From positions 310,001 through 374,000 of the forward strand of contig ML978126.1 in the NCBI GenBank assembly GCA_010015805.1: DNA of 64,000 nt, written 5' to 3'. Below are positions 12,944 to 25,323 of the stretch, in pieces; position 1 is the stretch's first letter; each line of letters starts with the position of its first letter. Source of the stretch: Rhizodiscina lignyota. Its lineage: Eukaryota. The translations under genes and the position numbers were made by a program. The notes under the pieces are model-generated. The model was not told where the DNA came from and did not search any database. It saw only the letters and a program-made list of their open reading frames with translations.

Positions 12944-14481
12944 TATCAGCGTCTGCTACGTACGGCGAGGCGCGAGAAATTGATGGCGGCAATTTCTCAT
13001 GCAATCAATCAGCGCTGCGAGTATGGGGAAGGTATGTCAGATAATAAGCGCGGCGCGCAGCAGCAGCACCACAGTGGCACGACTGCGAGCCGGCCCTTTT
13101 GCCAGGTGCCAGTGCTTAACGCATGTAGTGCCGTGCCAGGGAGTCCAGTTTTACGCAGCGGCGGAATGAGCGCGTCGCATGTGAGGCATAGGAGGAAATT
13201 CTGGTAAGGATGTTTTCTGATTCGTTCCAATTGGAATGGCAGCCGGGCTAACGGTGGTCCAAGGGCCCCGGCTGCTGCTCGTCTTGTCGGATTAGCGTGT
13301 GGAGTGGGAGTTGGCGGCGGTCCGAGGCGCGGCAGGACGATGGAGCACGGCAGAGGGAGAGAGGTCGAAAAAGCGTCAGCAAAGAGTTTGGGGAGGAGGT
13401 TTGCATAAATGGACGATAGGACTGGACTGCCGGATTCTTTGTTGTCGAGAGGGATGGGCAGCATGCAGCAGAGCGCAGATTCGGAGCGTGTGCCTGCAGC
13501 GTCCGGGGAATCAGGGCCAGTCGACGCCAGGAGCAGGCGACAAGGGCGTGATGCTGGCGGCGCTGGCGCGAGCTTGTTCGCCGTCTAGCGCAGCAGCTCG
13601 TTCACGCTCGTCGCTCACAATTGCATTGTTGCCGTGTGGCAGCGAAGGAGCGCATGCAACGGCAGCTCGTCCAGCGAATTGCGCCATGCTGCTGCGCTGC
13701 CGTGTGTACGCTCTGCACGTCGACGCCTGTATCTCGTGCCCTCCTGTGCTATCCCTTCCTCCCTTCCTCCTCCCTCGCTGCTCGAGTCGACGGCGGAATG
13801 CTGTCTTTGTCGTAGCGTGCGAGGGCGGCGTTGGGCACGAGCAGCGCACGAGTAAGTTGCGAGTTGGGACGATCGTCGCTAGCCCCTTCCTGGCCAGGGG
13901 TCCCTCCCTCCGACCCTCAAATCATCACTATCACAAAACGGGCCGCAACAGCCTCCATCACAGCCTAGCATCGTCCGCATCCAGCGTACGGAACGGGCAG
14001 AAGATCATTGCTCGGGGCCAGCTTCATGACTATCATCCTCGAGCATGCCGGCACTCGAGCCACTGTCCTGCTCGTTCGAGAAGAAATCAATTTTTCCCAA
14101 GGCCCGTCTTGTTTCCAATCGGTGACGATGAAGTCAAACGCTGCACTCCCCACGCGTTCTCCTGCCGGACAATTTCCTCATCGTTTCCTGCGCGTGCGCC
14201 ACCACGGTCTTGGGACGTCCACTTTTCGCTGCAGCGACGCGCTTGGACGCGATGGCACGAAATGATGGAAAATGAGCACCGTCGGCCAATGGCCGCGCGA
14301 GCTCCCGAGCCAACAACCAGAATTTATATTGAACAATCTCGACAATTCACACATCCACCATGGGCGCTGCCATCTTGCGCCATTTGCCGCCCTGCCAATC
14401 TTCGATTATTAGTCGAGTAACCATGCCAACCATCACTTCCTCGTGTTCTCCGGCTTCATTCTGAGACGTTGAGAAACAAAG

Positions 14482-15687
14482 TTGACGCAATACGATTACT
14501 GTACGGAGTATGCGTGCATATTTCTAGAAGACATGGAAGAGCAGCCGTATTTAAACTTTCCATTTAAAACCCTCATCTTCCCGGAACCACATATTCCGCC
14601 GCTGTCATCTCGTCAAGACTACCTTGCATTCGATGCGGTGTCTTCCGTTTCAGAAGTGAAGTCTATCCCACTACCTACCTTCTCAACGTTCAATCAGACC
14701 TCGCAGAATCCTACTAATACCATCCATTCCTATAATCGTTTGTCCTACATTCACTGCGTTGCTGCAGCTATAGCGGCCGCACCGCGTTTCTGCTGCACCC
14801 CGTCCTCCCCTTCTGAAGCATTTGAAATTGCGGTGAAACTTGCCTTAATAGGTCAACCATGAACTTCATCATACGCATCAGCCGTTGTGACCAATGAAGC
14901 TCTGGCTGACGAGGAGTACTCATTTGCCTGCAGGACGATGTTTCTATTTCCGCCACCGACCTACGACTTCTCTCACACAGTATATCCAGTATCAGACGCA
15001 TCGACAAACACTTTCAATCCAGCCGCCTTCCTTGGCTACATCTTGACAATCTCTTCTGCCTCCACAGGCCAGCACACATCTCTTTTGCGGACCCTATACA
15101 GCTACTCAGTAGATTTGGTATCGCCGCACACAGGCTTCCGTTCCTGGCCCTCATGATCGCCTTCATCTTCTTCTCAAGCAAGTCGTCAAACAATGGATGA
15201 TTCATCGACACCCCTGCGCGGGGAAACAACGTAATAAATGCTCCGCGTCGCAGCAGATGTCGCGCATGTTTGCCAGCGTCACTGAATGCCAGCCATGACG
15301 AAGTGGCGGGCCGGGCAACAGTTCATGCGGTAGACCCAAGTGCAATTACTCGGTCCGGGCCGGTCTCATACAGATTGGGCGACTCGAGTTCTCGCATCTC
15401 GTGAGTATGCGCGCGGCAAATCTGGTCGACGGCCCTTCTGCAGCTCTGACGGTAGTATTTATCCAGTAACGTCGAATCACGAGGCCTATGCCAATAACCA
15501 ATACAGGTTCCTATCCATGACTTTTTTAGATTCCTCCATCTCACCAGCCACCGCTACTTTCCTGTCTGTTCCTGTACCTTTCGAAGATACCAAACCCGTC
15601 CATCGAATCCACAGTGTTGAGCAACGTGTGGATACCCTTCACTCTCCCCAATCCTCATCTTGTGAATCTTCAACTCAAAATCCATAA
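14482..15687 (+). pseudogene. Possible decayed coding region of unknown identity
   Basis: ORF segments 14482-14862, 14887-15156 and 15340-15687 lie in one frame with only six internal stops over ~400 codons. No recognisable domain. Confidence 0.2.
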
Positions 15688-16537
15688 TAGCCAGGATAAC
15701 GCTGGATCCGCGCGCCGTAAACGTTGATGTTCAAGCCCAAGACCGTCAGGTCCCGATCCCAGCTCCAAGAGGAAATCAGTGAGTTCATTACACAGTCAGA
15801 AGCGTTCATGCGGCGATTCTCCGGATTCAAATGACTCTGCTCCGATCAGAGGACGTGAGAGCAGAGAGAAGCTCGGCGGGAAGGAGAGGATTAAGAGGCC
15901 CAGAGATCCACGATGCTATCAGTGCATGTCGAAGTAGCGATATAGTCGAAGAATTGAACCAGGGAGTAGCATTCTGCGCCAGTAAACTTGCAAAAAAGAG
16001 CAAAATCCGCCGTGCATCGTCATCAGTCCAATGATCTGCAAAGAAGATCTGGTTCCGAGAACCATGATTTCGGCTCGAGTGATCAGTGCTCTGGCGGTGA
16101 AAAACATCCTGATGCGATGCTAACTCGACGCTCAAGCCTCATGTCACGATGATGCTAGCTACGTTTTGGGTTAAGCTTCTTTCGCCCGACTGGACGTGCT
16201 GTGCTAAAGTATGATGCTTCACCAATGGCCTGAATTGCTAATGTGAATTGAGCAATGAGAATGCTATCACGATGCATTAGATAGACGTTTTGTACTATGT
16301 GGTCCCTTGCAGAATTGCCTCATTGGTCGCATGAGGATATGCGCTCCGAGCTGCGGCCTGCCCCGCGAAGAACGCGTCTTCCTGTGGGCTCTTTAAATTG
16401 TGAAGAACAGGAAATAATTCTAAAGAGGTCCAATTGAGACTGAAATTTTGTCATTAACAGTTCGGACTCATCCCGTACGGCAAGTCTTATATCTTAGCTT
16501 TTAAGCTCATCATCGTTGCTACTCAAATTTCCAAAAG

Positions 16538-17526
16538 ATGGCGAAAGCCACGATGATAGGCCAAATCTACCAGCCTCAAGAGGAGACCTTCTTCGATGAT
16601 GAGAGGTAAATAGAGCTACTCCACTACATTTACAGCAGACCTGACATTGACAACTTACGAAATTCACCACTACGAGTGCTCGCCGCCATCGACGATTTCG
16701 CTCGGACGAAGAAATACCTGATGAACGTGGGCGAGAACAAGGGACACATCATCACCGAGCTGATAAAAGAAGTCAGGCCCCAAACAATGGTAATTTCAAT
16801 TCAACGTCCTTGATGCGACGAGCTTAACATTTCGTGTGATACTCCAGGTCGAACTCGGCGCTTACGTTGGCTACTCCTGCCTGCTCTTTGCCTCCACTCT
16901 TCGCGACGTCAGCGGCAAGGACGCTCGTTACCTCAGCCTGGAGCGAAACCCAGAATTTGCAGCTGTGGCATTGACGCTCGTACATCTCGCTGGCTTAGAC
17001 GATGTTGTGACCGTTATGGTAGGCCCTAGTGACTCATCGCTTAGGCGGCTGCATGCTAGTGGAACCATTTTCCATATCGACCTGATGTTTCTGGATCACT
17101 TCAAGCCAGCTTACACAACCGATCTGAAACTTTGTGAGGAGCTGAAGCTTATCAGTCCAGGCTCCGTGCTTGCTGCGGACAATGTCATCAAGCCAGGCAA
17201 TCCGCCATATTTGGAGTATGTTCAGAGTACCGTCGAAGCAAAATGAGAGGCAGCATCGACTGTAAAGGTAGAGACGAATGGCGTGGACTCTCGGTTTCTG
17301 GAAGCAACAGCGAACCAGTACCTGCAAAGAGAAGGCCCTGCAAAACTCAGCGCATCACTGAGGGGCAATCCGAATTTGGTGTACAAGAGTGACCTGGTGC
17401 ACAGCTTCGAGCCCTCGGGAGTCCCGGTGAGCATCAAACGCGGCATGAAGACATCCGTTGCTAACGAAGCTTTAGGATGGTATCGAAATAACGAGATGCG
17501 TTGGAGAAGCCGTTGGACCGCTCTAA
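16538..17526 (+). pseudogene. Catechol O-methyltransferase (COMT-like) gene with two in-frame stops; introns 16790-16847 and 17427-17475
   Basis: Translation: MAKATM...FFDDER*IELLHYIYSRP...KKYLMNVGENKG..., VELGAYVGYS, LMFLDHFKPAY, LAADNVIKPGNPPYLEYV...EAK*EAA...GNPNLVY...FEPSGVP-DGIEITRCVG. Stops are TAA 16607-16609 and TGA 17244-17246. Splice sites are intact. Confidence 0.85.
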
Positions 17527-17882
17527 GCGAGAGCCAGAGTCGATCTGCAAACGATTCACCCCAGTGGCTGCCTCGTGGAAAACCGGCAATTCTACCTCCT
17601 AGGGCATTGATGGATGACCTGATAGGCAGACTGTACATGATCATGATGTATGATCTGATGTTCGCAGGTGATCCATGGCAGCCCAAATTTTTTGAGGCTG
17701 TCGATTCATGGCTTTTGGCTCTTTTCGGACGTCAAAGTCTATTTTGCCGGGATCCTGGCTTAGACTGGGATGATCGTCAGGCACAAACCTTGAGGACAAG
17801 GGCTGCTCGGAATTGCAGCAACCCTGTCTGATGTTTCTGAAGTTGTTTCGATCCCCGGGTGGCTTAACGGCGATCCCACTCG

Positions 17883-19150
17883 TCAAGGCTTCATCTTGCC
17901 AAAGTCAATTTTTCGCGCAACCTTGTCCGCACGTCCATCCTCCAGCTCCCCACCCATTCTCTTCAAATCGTTGCCCAAGGCCTCTTCTCCACCTCCCTTC
18001 CGCGGCAGATTTTCTTTCTTTGTAGGCCTCGGGTCCATTTGCCACCACTCGTGCTGCAGAAATCCTTTGGCAGAGATACGCTTTCGCGGATCAAGACGGA
18101 GCGTAGCGAGAAGTAGGTCTAATGCGACCGGTCCAATAGACCTAAATATTGGCTCGAAATCTCGCTTTGGTCGAAGAGGAACTTGCTTGTCCTTCGCTAT
18201 CGGTACATACCCCGGAAGCTTCGAGACACCAGGCCAGTTGTCTTCCGTAGGTGTGCCGATAGCTTGAGAAATGATCTCGACTTGGTGGATGTCCGTCTCT
18301 CCGGCCATGTAAGGAGTTCGCAGGGCAAGTTCTGCGAACACGCAGCCAACACTCCAGACATCGACTGCACCCGAGTAGTGCCTCGCTCCGAAGAAAAGCT
18401 CTGGCGGCCTATACCACCGTGTGATGACAACGTGTGTCATGTTCAAGTATGGTTCTTGAAATGACCGCGCCAGACCAAAATCAGCTAACTTGACTTCCCC
18501 ATCCCCTGCGATGAGCAAGTTGTTTGGTTTGATATCACGGTGGAGGACAAAGTTTTCATGACACCACCAGACTGCTCGTCCAATCATTCCCATCCATGCT
18601 TTGATATCTGCATTGCTGTACTGTACGGAAGTATCTTTGATCATGCCTTCCAAGTCTCCGAGAGGAAGGAATTCGAGCACAAGATTGAGGTTCTGGTTCT
18701 TCGAGCTGTAGACTGAGTGGAGGGCGATAATGTTGGGGTGTGATAGTTCTTGAAGGAACTTCACTTCTCGGATTGCATCCATAGCTAGACCGTCTTTGTA
18801 GTCGACGTTGACTTTGATCTTCTTGATCGCTACGAGTGTTGAGGGCGAATCGCGGAGATGTCCTTTGTAAACGATGGCGTATGTACCTTCACCCAGTTTC
18901 TTACCTGTTGCACAGGTTAGATGCTAAAATTGAGAGGAATGCGATAAATCGTACCCTTGACATATTTCTGCCTCAGCTCGTCGTTCAACTGCTCTGAGAG
19001 ATCTGTCGCGGCATCCTTTGAGGTCACAGATTTGGCAGGAGATTCTGGTGCCTTTTTCGCGGAGCTACCAAGGACGGTAAGAGCTCTTGCTTTTGCAGTA
19101 GCAATTCCAGCTGCTACCAGAGGAGACTGCGCGGGCGAAGTAACCCCCAT
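17883..19150 (-). CDS. KIN28: TFIIH-associated cyclin-dependent kinase Kin28/CDK7 (Mcs6-like); intron 18905-18954
   Basis: GKKLGEGTYA, AIKKIK, DAIREVKFLQEL cyclin-binding helix, HRDIKPNNLLI, DFGLAR, THVVITRWYRPPEL and GARHYSGAVDVWS. Confidence 0.93.
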
Positions 19151-19537
19151 GGCGATCGTAGTCGATGGGATCTGCCCTTGGAGGCGCGGAAGTGAGTGTT
19201 GAGAAAGGTCCGGTACCAGCTATCATAGGGCTCTTTTAACCATAGCTTAACTGATGATTATAATGAGCAAGAGTTCAAAGTGTTCACGAGTTCGTTTCCA
19301 TCAGTGAAGTGCAATGTACGTGATTGAGTGCAGTGGGTAAGAGAGTCGAAGGCGGCGCTTTGATATTGAGGCTTGGCGTCACTTTTTTCCAGACGTCTCG
19401 CGACTAGCTTCAAATTTCCACAAAGAAACATCCACATGCCACTAACAGTGTTCCAATAACGGTAAGCCCGGATGTAATTGACATTTTTTATACATGCTAA
19501 ACGATTGGCTCTCTAGTTTCCCTCCTAGAGTGCGAGA

Positions 19538-20236
19538 ATGTTTGCACCACGCTCGTTTCTGTCACTCAACTCCCAACCCATCCGACTCTGCATCCGCTGC
19601 TATTCAAGAAGCACCGCGCGACCTGTTCCTCCTCCAACGCCATTTATACCCGATACAAAAACGTTCCTCAAAGTCATAGGGCGCGACTTGAGTCAGCACG
19701 CCGCCAAAATACCCAGCTGGGAGGCTCTCTTCCGGTTAACGTCCCTACAACTGAAAGAGCTCGGGGTAGAGCCACCACGAGCGCGAAAGTACCTTCTGTG
19801 GTGGAGAGAAAAGTTCAGAAGGGGTGACTATGGCGTTGGCGGCGACTTGACCGAAGTTACAGATGGCGTTGGAGAGATGCGCGTATTCGAGGTTCCAGTA
19901 CCGGAGACTTGGGCGAAGCCGGAGGCTACAGCCACGAGATCTGCTGGAATGAGAAAGGTTGCTTTGAACGTTCCTCTCGGGGAAGAGAAACCACGCGTGC
20001 CATTGGGAGAGGTGGAGCCCGTCAAGTTTGTCAAGATACGGAACGATCACAGCATTTGCGGACCACACATACAACCCGTCAAGGGCACACAGGGTTATGC
20101 AGCTCGGATAGCTGTCAAAGAAGGCCTGTGGGAGGAGAAGAGAGGGCATAAAATAGACGGAGGCGAACGAAGAAAGGCGATGGTAAGGGCTGAGAGAAGA
20201 GCTCAGGAGAGGAAGGCTCAAAGAGCGGCGGCATGA
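19538..20236 (+). CDS. FYV4: Mitochondrial small ribosomal subunit protein mS41 / Fyv4 (IGR motif)
   Basis: Arg/Ser-rich presequence, then TFLKVIGRDL...IPSWEALFRLTSLQLKELGVEPPRARKYLLWWREKFR (IGR domain). C-terminal GHKIDGGERRKA. Confidence 0.88.
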   Translation: MFAPRSFLSLNSQPIRLCIRCYSRSTARPVPPPTPFIPDTKTFLKVIGRDLSQHAAKIPSWEALFRLTSLQLKELGVEPPRARKYLLWWREKFRRGDYGVGGDLTEVTDGVGEMRVFEVPVPETWAKPEATATRSAGMRKVALNVPLGEEKPRVPLGEVEPVKFVKIRNDHSICGPHIQPVKGTQGYAARIAVKEGLWEEKRGHKIDGGERRKAMVRAERRAQERKAQRAAA

Positions 20237-20757
20237 AATCCATACAAGGAGATGCTCGTTTGCGCGCGCACCAGTGGCCTCCAACGAATACCTGTTTGAG
20301 AAGAGATCGATATCGAGAAATCTATTTGGCCATGCTCGGGTAGCGCTGGCTTGCATGATGAAGCGTCTCCACTATCCATAGAGGGGCGAGCAATTAAACG
20401 TCGACATGCATGGGACTCGATTCTCAAAAAGATATCACTTGATCTCAAAGGAGGCGGGGCTTTTTTTCTATTTAAGCAAGTCTTCAAAAACTATTCAACA
20501 ATGCGCCTTATCTGCGGGGGTGTTTGCTGTCATTACGAGTATTGTGAGTGGCTGGTGTGCTCAGTTCACCAACGGTTGGCGGGACTAGCACAATACCGTG
20601 AAGGGACAATAGCGATCACACAGTAACTAGTCAATGGTATACTTTCTCCTCTTCAAGTGCACTTCTTCTTTCTTCTTCTCAACCGCAACGTCGGAAAATA
20701 CCAACACATCGAAGAACCTCACCATCGTCGAAACGCAACAGCTATCACTACCACAAC

Positions 20758-21105
20758 ATGTCGAATTCAACCACAAATAACTCCAATACATCCTCGTCCC
20801 TTTCCTCTCTTTCCTACATCACAGCAGCGACGTCTTTCGCCAAAACGGAACATTCTGATTCCATCGGAAGCTACGAATCATGCACTGATGAGATATTGAC
20901 GATATACCGTGACTTCAACATCTACCCAACCACATGGGAAGTCATGACCTTGGAGGAATTCAACGAAAGATGGTATACGGTGTTCACGCGCTGGAACCAA
21001 GTTTGGTGGGAAGGGGAGTTCAGAAAGATTGATTGGAATCCACCACCACGGTCTGAAGGCAAGGAGCCGCCACTTTCTCCAAGAAGCAAGCCTGCAAAGG
21101 CGTAA
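20758..21105 (+). CDS. Small hypothetical protein (115 aa)
   Basis: ATG in a good context (ACAACATGT) after a C/A-rich leader. The core is Trp-rich and protein-like. No recognised homologue. Confidence 0.4.
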   Translation: MSNSTTNNSNTSSSLSSLSYITAATSFAKTEHSDSIGSYESCTDEILTIYRDFNIYPTTWEVMTLEEFNERWYTVFTRWNQVWWEGEFRKIDWNPPPRSEGKEPPLSPRSKPAKA

Positions 21106-22745
21106 AGCGATCAAGCATGGAATTGTTCTTAGCAAGATACCCAACCGCAATCGGATGAGATTCATCTCTCAGTTCAATTGGAGGCACGTTCGTCGTGGGA
21201 TGTCGGCCGAAGATGATATTTCTTCTATACTGGCATACAGTCAGATACCTTGTGAGGTCGATAGGAGAAGGGGAATCCGGCAAATTAGCTAGCCTATGCA
21301 TATGGTGTAAATCAACAGAAGGAGGTGCACCACGAGAGTCAGTTAACCTCCAGCTATAGTGCGAGCTCGGCAGAAGAAGGCCAACTTGATAACTTAGCCA
21401 AGATCCACGCACAGTGCGAGCTTAATAGAAGAAGTTTAATCCAAGTTTAGCTTCCTCTCATCTCTCGAGTACGCCCTTACGCCATCATCTTCTATCTCGA
21501 GCGCCCCGGCATCTTCCCTTCTAGCAGCTACGCTCTTCGCTGCCGTGCTACCGACTCCCACACACACAGGACTTAGCTCCAATCTGACAGCCAGGTGCTC
21601 TCAAGTACCGCGACGATGACACCGAAGAGATCACTTCGCCGTAGATGGTTCGGGACCCTCGTTTGTCAACGCATACGAGGACAGCCGCGCCCGCACCGTA
21701 ATACTGTGACCCGGACCCAGACACCGTCTCCATTGGGGACGATCTTGAGCAAAAAAACGTGTTCGCCTATCGCGTTAACAGCCCTTTTATCTAATGATGG
21801 GGTGAGTGAGTACCTACGACGTCGTCCTCAATACCGCTTGGGAGGGCCTCTGTTGTCTGCCGTCGACGCGCCTGGTGTTTAGCAAGCTCGGGGAGCCGAA
21901 AACCAATGTCCCATTCTATGCCCCTCATGGTCGGAATGGGGACGACATGGTTTGTAGACGTGGCAAAACAAGCTCGTCGGTATCGCTATGGCGGTGGAGG
22001 ACTGTATGGGCGAGTGGATGCTCCGGGGCTCTTGCTGAAGGTGAAGCGGTCCACCCAGGACTTTCCGTTTTAACGAAAAGGGACGGAAACGACAGAGGGT
22101 GGCTGTATGTTTTCCTTCTTCCCAGAGCGCCTACTGGCCTTGGGTGGCACGAGCGATGAAATGTCGAAGAAGATTACATCGAAATTAAGGGCAACGGGGA
22201 GGATAGCGGCATCTTCTCCAACCAGCTACATCCCTCTGTTAAAGATAAAGGAAGACGAAAAGACGAAAAGGAACATAAGCCAAATAAATGGAGTATTCAG
22301 AAATGAGTTTGATAGAAGAACGTTAACTGAGCATACAGTGCGAGCTCGGTCGAAGAAAGACCTTTGACTTGCAAGGCTTCTTCCAATCAAGGTGCTCTAT
22401 AGATCGAATGCGTTGTGCGTCTCTACCTGCCTCAAAATTGTACATCGTATGATAGTAGTAGAATAGATTCAACGTAAGATTAGAAGAATGGCATCACTAG
22501 TAGTGATTTGTGTTGTGAGCATCATTCAATGCGAGTGGAAGATAAGCAATTCAACCTTGCATCTGCGTTCTAGAACATTGCCCGCACCAAACTCTCACAC
22601 CGTAGTACATATGCACCGAACAGAAGACAGATACTCTAAAATCAACATAAAGCTCTAGGAGTTCCGCATATTAGCTTGGAAGGGTCAATTTCCTTCTACT
22701 TATCATATATTTGTATACCGTACGGTGTATCTTACAAACGCCACG

Positions 22746-23423
22746 ATGACTTCTACAGCTTCAATCTCTGCCCCACTCTCCGCAGAAGCCGCCTTTGACA
22801 GCGTAGGACCGGCATACGAGGTCGCATTTGAAGGACTAGAAACGCAGTTGGCATCAATCAAATGGATCGTCGAACAACTCGGACAGCACAAGCCAGCAAA
22901 AGTGCTCGACATTGGTTGCGGGGCTGGCCGGCCTGTCTGCTCGGAGCTCGCTGCAGCCGGTCATGATGTTTTAGGGATTGATATATCCTCTAATATGCTG
23001 GGTGCCGCTCGCAAGAACGTTCCACAGGCTAGATTCGAGCAAAAGGACATTAGAGATTTCGAGGCGGCTCCTGGAAGCTTCGATGCGATTACAGTCTACT
23101 TCAGTTTGATTGCTAGCGTCACACAAGACGAGATACGGGATTTCATCAAGCGAATACACGGCTGGCTGAGGGCAGGGGGGATATTTGTCCTTGGTACTGC
23201 GTCTGTGGACGGCAATAACATCGAGATGCGCTGGATGGGCCGGCCCGTCGTGTGCTCTGGTCTATCGGCTGAAGATACTGTGTCTTGGATGCGAGAAGTC
23301 GGCTTTGAGGTTGTTCATGAGGATCAGAGCACGTTCACACCTCGGGCAGTAGAGGCAGGAATCTGCGAAGCCGAGGATGTATGGGAGGAGCCTCATCTTT
23401 TCGTGTATGCAAGGCGACAGTAA
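22746..23423 (+). CDS. Class I SAM-dependent methyltransferase (single exon)
   Basis: Motif I VLDIGCGAG, GIDISSNML, SFDAITVYFSL and WLRAGGIFVL. Confidence 0.9.
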   Translation: MTSTASISAPLSAEAAFDSVGPAYEVAFEGLETQLASIKWIVEQLGQHKPAKVLDIGCGAGRPVCSELAAAGHDVLGIDISSNMLGAARKNVPQARFEQKDIRDFEAAPGSFDAITVYFSLIASVTQDEIRDFIKRIHGWLRAGGIFVLGTASVDGNNIEMRWMGRPVVCSGLSAEDTVSWMREVGFEVVHEDQSTFTPRAVEAGICEAEDVWEEPHLFVYARRQ

Positions 23424-23978
23424 TTGCAATATCGGGACAAGTCCATACTATTGAAGCTTTCATTTTGCTCATTCCAACCTAGCTCATTGGTTTGACAGGA
23501 ACATCCTATCTTTAGCTCGAGTCTATTATTGGAGCAAACCCGTTGCAATATAAGGATAGTCTGCGAAAACTAGTACATCTTGAAGGAAACGCATTAATGA
23601 TTTGTGTGATGGTTGACCACAATGGTATCTTTATGCGCAGGTGGAGATGGGTCGGCTACGTCCCTGACGTATGCGAGCAGTTAGCTGCAAGGTGACCATC
23701 ACCGTCCACCGAATTTGGATTTCGATCTGATAGTGAAAGGCTTGACCTTCTCTAATGCAATTGGATTGGCTGATTTGAACCATGTGTCTGATTGTTCCCC
23801 GGATTTCATGATCCCCAGAGGAGCAAGCCCGAAAGAGCGCCGAAACCGCGCCAGAAAAGGAGCCGAGGCAGAGTGAGGAGTGAGATTCCATATCAGTACT
23901 GAGGGCCTCTTAAGATCAGTAATTCTTTTGCATGTTCACAAAATACAGGGAGCAATACAGCTGAAACACTCATACACG

Positions 23979-24982
23979 ATGGCGAGACCGAAGATTACCA
24001 TGTTCGTCGACATAGTGTCTCCTTTTGCTTACATGGGCTATTATGCGCTTAGGGTACGTTGGCAGTAAAGTTTCATTTATCACGCCATTGCTACCCTATC
24101 ACCGAGCTGTTCGACGAGAATGGTTGTTTATTTATTTCCTTTTCTGTAGCGATCCTACGAACATCTGCCATTGCTTAAGCATGTTTTCAATTGCCTGTCC
24201 AGGTCGTCAAAGCGGTTGAGAAACGTCACTAACGACAGGACAGAACTTTCCCGTCTTTAAGCAATGCGACATTGAATACATTCCAATCTTACTTGGCGGT
24301 CTGATGAAAACATGCGGTAATACCGCTCCGTTGTTCATTAAGAGTAGGCTCCCGAGCTGTACAATCTTGAGTGTAGAGTAATATTTGACTAACCGGAACT
24401 TCGCAGACAAGGACAAATGGATCGGCAAGGAGAGAAATCGATGGGCAACGTATCTGGAAATACCAATCAACAGACAGCCAGTTCCTGGTTTCCCAGTGAG
24501 CACAGTGCCTGTACGTCATTAGCCTTGGTAGCAGTCTTCGCGCCCCTGCTAAGCGCAAGTCGCATGTCTGCAGAGAGCGCAGAAGCTAACATCTTGGACA
24601 GGTCCAGCGTGCTCTCTGCGCGATTCAAATGTCCGAGCCTGAAAAACTCGCTCCTGCTCTTGACGCTCTATATACCGCGCTCTGGGTCAATCATGCCGAG
24701 ATCGCTAAGCCCGACGTCATACAGTCGGTCTTGAGCTCTGCTATCGGCGAGAAATCTGCTGCAGCGGCTGTGAAAGGCACTGGGAACCCAGATGTAAAGA
24801 AGCGTCTAATTCAGAACACTGACGATGCGTTTACTGGGGACGCATTTGGCCTCCCGTGGTTTATATGCACAAATAGAAGCGGCGAAAAGGAAGGCTTCTG
24901 GGGAGTCGACCATTTGGCTCAGGTTGTTGACTTCTTGGGATTGGAGAGACCCACTAGCAAGGGTTGGAGGGCTTTACTGTAA
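23979..24982 (+). CDS. Glutathione S-transferase kappa / HCCA isomerase (DsbA-like fold); three introns (approx. 24054-24243, 24344-24406, 24511-24601)
   Basis: ITMFVDIVSPFAY, IPILLGGLMKTCGNTAP, PGFPVSTV, AFGLPWF and FWGVDHL are kappa-GST signatures. Confidence 0.9.
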
Positions 24983-25323
24983 CTTTGAGTATAATTCTGT
25001 AGATGTGTCAAGTTTCAGCGTCTTTCGCAGAACCGAGCTCTCGATTAATGAGCTTTGCTTCCACTTTAATATGTCCAAGCCTTACCCTGCAAGACATCGA
25101 GAAATGATGTAGAGAGTTGGACAATATAGCAGCCGTTGAACTGTGTCTGGCCATTATAACCTTATTATTGCTCATTGATTTGAGGAAATAGTTACCGATG
25201 TCCCTGCGTGGAGAAGCACAGAGGACACAAGGGGAACCGAAATTAGCCAAGCCGGGCGCACAAATTTCTTATTGTTGTTTTACAGTTATATACAAAATTC
25301 AAATTTTAACTACCTATCGAAAA

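Noticed and set aside
13299..14420. 373-aa plus-strand ORF upstream of the kinesin
   Set aside because: Non-ATG start, Arg/Ser/Cys/Ala-rich composition typical of GC-rich non-coding DNA, and no domain.
16607..17246. A-to-I editing rescue of the COMT stops
   Set aside because: Editing would give Trp, and would need two edits at TAA, at positions where Glu and Arg are expected. There is no positive evidence.
17283..17831. 182-aa ORF as a separate gene
   Set aside because: Its first part is the COMT frame after the premature TGA. The rest is read-through of the last intron into an off-frame 3' region.
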